44,092 nucleotides of DNA, taken from NCBI GenBank assembly GCA_019246215.1, contig JAFAQT010000031.1:1-44092 (forward strand). The letters run 5' to 3'. The notes under the pieces were generated by a model that saw only the letters and a list, made by a program, of their open reading frames with translations, searched no databases and was not told the origin of the DNA. Of the stretch, positions 41,887 to 44,092 are shown piece after piece (the first letter of the stretch is position 1; the number at the start of each line of letters is the position of its first letter). Origin of the DNA: Verrucomicrobiota bacterium (lineage in GTDB: Bacteria > Verrucomicrobiota > Verrucomicrobiia > Chthoniobacterales > JAFAMB01). The translations under genes and the position numbers were made by a program.

Positions 41887-41937
41887 GGAGAGCTTCGTAG
41901 GTGTCAATCGCAGACCCGAGCGGTTACGCGATTTAGT

Positions 41938-42369
41938 TCAGAATGGAAATGCGGTAAGGAGTTGGTTCGACCGGTTCACAACGACCCGTAGCCGAGATGC
42001 CGGACTGCCATCAACGCCTATCCCGATCGGACGACCAAAATCGTATTCGTAAATTCTGCCGGGTCGTCCGTGTGTATTCTGTCTAACTCGCCCATTGGCG
42101 CAAGCTTCGAGCACAAGCTGTCTGAGAGATTCTTCGGTAATCCCGGGAGAAAACTTGCCGGCGCCCTGGGCAGGGCTGTTGGGCCAATGCCGCTCCTCGA
42201 TGTGACGAATCGCCCGCTGGGTAACGATCATCTGACCCGAGGATCCGCTGCCGGCATCGGCCCGGTCTTGCGCACGAGCACAGCAAACGCCGGACAGAAT
42301 CATCCCGATCAGGATCCATACAGAGCATGGAAGCGCCTGGAAAACGCTGGAAAATCGCCCTGCCCCCAC
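41938..42369 (-). CDS. Secreted protein consisting of a polymorphic-toxin-like (putative RNase) domain
   Basis: Signal-peptide-like N-terminus ending ARA, Gly/Ser linker, then HIEERH..GKF..DFGRPIG..RLRVVV..LLTAFP, a pattern typical of RHS/CdiA C-terminal toxin tips. Confidence 0.65.
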   Translation of the reverse strand: MGAGRFSSVFQALPCSVWILIGMILSGVCCARAQDRADAGSGSSGQMIVTQRAIRHIEERHWPNSPAQGAGKFSPGITEESLRQLVLEACANGRVRQNTHGRPGRIYEYDFGRPIGIGVDGSPASRLRVVVNRSNQLLTAFPF

Positions 42370-43023
42370 CTACTCGCGCAACTCCTCGATTGCCAGAGCG
42401 GCATCCTGAGCTCTGAAGATATCGGTGCCTGCTACCATAACATTCGCGCCGCATTCACGGGCGATCGCGGCGGTATTTGAATTGATGCCTCCATCCACTT
42501 CGATATGAAATTCAAGCGCACGTTCAGTACGAAGCTGAGCCGCCCGCATCACCTTGGCCATCATCGGCTCTATGAAACTTTGCCCCCCGAACCCGGGATT
42601 AACAGTCATCACCAGTAACAGATCGATCTGATCAAGGTATGGTTCCACTTTTTCGAAGGGTGTCGGCGGGCTGATCGCCAAACCGCATGTCGCGCCTGCG
42701 GCTCGGATACCCTTCAATGTATTTCCGATGTCATAATCGGGCTCGACATGGATCGTTATATTGTTCACGTAGGGAACGAATCGCGGAAAGAAATGATCCG
42801 GCCGCTCGATCATGAGATGGGTATCGAGGGGAACAGTGGCGATCTTAGCAATCGACTGCACAACGGGCGGACCAAACGAAATATTGTCGACGAAATGACC
42901 GTCCATCACGTCGAGATGCAGCCAATCCGCGCCGGCTTTCTCTATTCGCACGCACTCCGCTTCAAGACGGTTGAAATCACATGCGAGTACCGAGGGAGCC
43001 ACGATTATCGGTTTGCTGTTCAT
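42370..43023 (-). CDS. rpe: Ribulose-phosphate 3-epimerase
   Basis: APSVL, HLDVMDGHFVDNISFG, MTVNPGFGGQ, EVDGG. Confidence 0.97.
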   Translation of the reverse strand: MNSKPIIVAPSVLACDFNRLEAECVRIEKAGADWLHLDVMDGHFVDNISFGPPVVQSIAKIATVPLDTHLMIERPDHFFPRFVPYVNNITIHVEPDYDIGNTLKGIRAAGATCGLAISPPTPFEKVEPYLDQIDLLLVMTVNPGFGGQSFIEPMMAKVMRAAQLRTERALEFHIEVDGGINSNTAAIARECGANVMVAGTDIFRAQDAALAIEELRE

Positions 43024-43051
43024 TGCTTTTGCTTTCTCTTTAGCCCTTATC

Positions 43052-43522
43052 ATGACCGATTTACTGGATTTATCGAGCGATACCTATTTTATGGGCGAAG
43101 CTTTGCGACAAGCGAGGAAAGCCGAATCGCAGGATGAAGTTCCGATCGGCGCAGTGGTCGTTCGCAACGCTGAAATTATCGCGCGCGCCTGGAACCAGGT
43201 GGAAATCCTGAAAGACGCCACCGCTCACGCAGAGATGCTTGCGATCACGCAGGCTGAAAGTGTCGTCGACGACTGGCGACTGGACGATTGCGATCTTTAT
43301 GTCACCAAGGAACCGTGCCCGATGTGCGCAGGAGCCATCGTTCATGCCCGGCTCCGGCGCGTTGTTTACGGTTGCCCGGACCCAAAAACCGGCGGGGCCG
43401 GCGGTATGATCAATCTGCTCCAAATGCCGCCCTTCAATCATCAATGCGATATCACACGCGGCGTGCGAGAAAGCGAGTGTCGCGAGCTTCTGCAACGGTT
43501 TTTCAGAGCAAAACGAGGTTGA
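43052..43522 (+). CDS. tadA: tRNA adenosine(34) deaminase
   Basis: EVPIGAVVV, AHAE, EPCPMCAGA, FNH, FF..KR. Confidence 0.93.
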   Translation: MTDLLDLSSDTYFMGEALRQARKAESQDEVPIGAVVVRNAEIIARAWNQVEILKDATAHAEMLAITQAESVVDDWRLDDCDLYVTKEPCPMCAGAIVHARLRRVVYGCPDPKTGGAGGMINLLQMPPFNHQCDITRGVRESECRELLQRFFRAKRG

Positions 43523-43679
43523 TCCCGAGAGAAGGCACCCGTACACGCATTTTGCAGGACCTAGCAAACTGCCAATTCGAGGAGCGTTCCGATCTTCGGG
43601 GACTTTTGTGCCGCAGAATCGCTTTTGTTTCTTCGACAGCCAGGTCTCACGTTCTCAAGCCAGCGACAGTTCAAATCTT

Positions 43680-43748
43680 GGGACAGCCGAAAGGGAGGGA
43701 TTACCGTTGAACTCGAGGACAGCCGAAAGGGGACGACAGCCGAAAGGG
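43680..43748 (+). repeat. Three GACAGCCGAAAGGG direct repeats
   Basis: Copies at 43682-95, 43718-31 and 43735-48, abutting GGGACAGGTCAAA. Confidence 0.9.
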
Positions 43749-43896
43749 ACAGGTCAAAGGTTGATGTCCGCTCGCAAACCTGTCTGCGGGGATTGAAAAC
43801 CGGTCTCCCTAAATAGGAGGGCAGAAATCGGCTCAGCCACCTTTCATCATTACCGCTGAACTCGAGGATTTAGCTGCGCGTGATTTGACCTGTCCC
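43746..43896. mobile_element. Non-autonomous ~150-bp element bounded by perfect 13-bp inverted repeats
   Basis: GGGACAGGTCAAA (43746-58) and TTTGACCTGTCCC (43884-96); the same motif lies beside the RAYT-like gene at the left end. Confidence 0.6.
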
Positions 43897-43995
43897 CGTG
43901 GCTATAGCGTAGCGTTGCCCCCGCAGCTATATAAATGTCCTGCGGTAAGAGAATTTCGGACCATCCACCAGATCTCGCACCTGCGCCCCGATATC

Positions 43996-44082
43996 TGACC
44001 TGTCCCCTGACTTCGGGCTCCTGTCCCCTGACTTCGGGCTCCCCTGACTTCGGGCCGTGCTGTCCCCTGACTTCGGGCCGTG
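43996..44082 (+). repeat. TGACCTGTCCCC motif followed by four tandem (CTG)TCCCCTGACTTCGGGC copies
   Basis: Units start at about 44000, 44021, 44040 and 44060 and are 19-23 nt with variable ends. Confidence 0.92.
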
Positions 44083-44092
44083 AATTTCGACC

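Noticed and set aside
43608-43816. Short ORFs after tadA
   Set aside because: They run through the repeat arrays and show no coding features.
43680-44092. CRISPR array
   Set aside because: Repeats are 14-23 nt and mostly directly tandem without regular unique spacers; no cas genes are in the window.

Overview
A mostly housekeeping chromosomal segment. By protein style it probably comes from a Verrucomicrobiota (Chthoniobacterales-like) bacterium; this is inference and was not searched. It carries a GT4 glycosyltransferase, obgE, a GlgA/GlgM-type glucosyltransferase and a K+-independent H+-PPase. An argCJB/argDF cluster is split by an oppositely oriented sugar ABC + GH4 alpha-galactosidase cassette. 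Further genes are thrS-infC (AUU start), rplI-dnaB, nrdR with an ATP-cone-like gene and a HIT gene, a 6S RNA, rpmI-rplT-pheS-pheT, a SufR-like regulator, degP, kamA, rlmI, gatCA, acs, P-II, purN, rfaE2, an M29 aminopeptidase, rpe and tadA. The non-routine signals are: (1) a TGACCTGTCC(CC) motif at both window ends, next to the N-terminus of a RAYT-like HUH transposase, whose 3' flank is tandemly re-copied; (2) a minimal secreted toxin-domain gene with a putative immunity gene between rpe and the aminopeptidase; (3) an NrdR-box-preceded nrdR / ATP-cone-like / HIT operon; (4) a decayed IS1380-family element and several intergenic inverted-repeat elements. All calls are from reading the sequence; no database searches were run.
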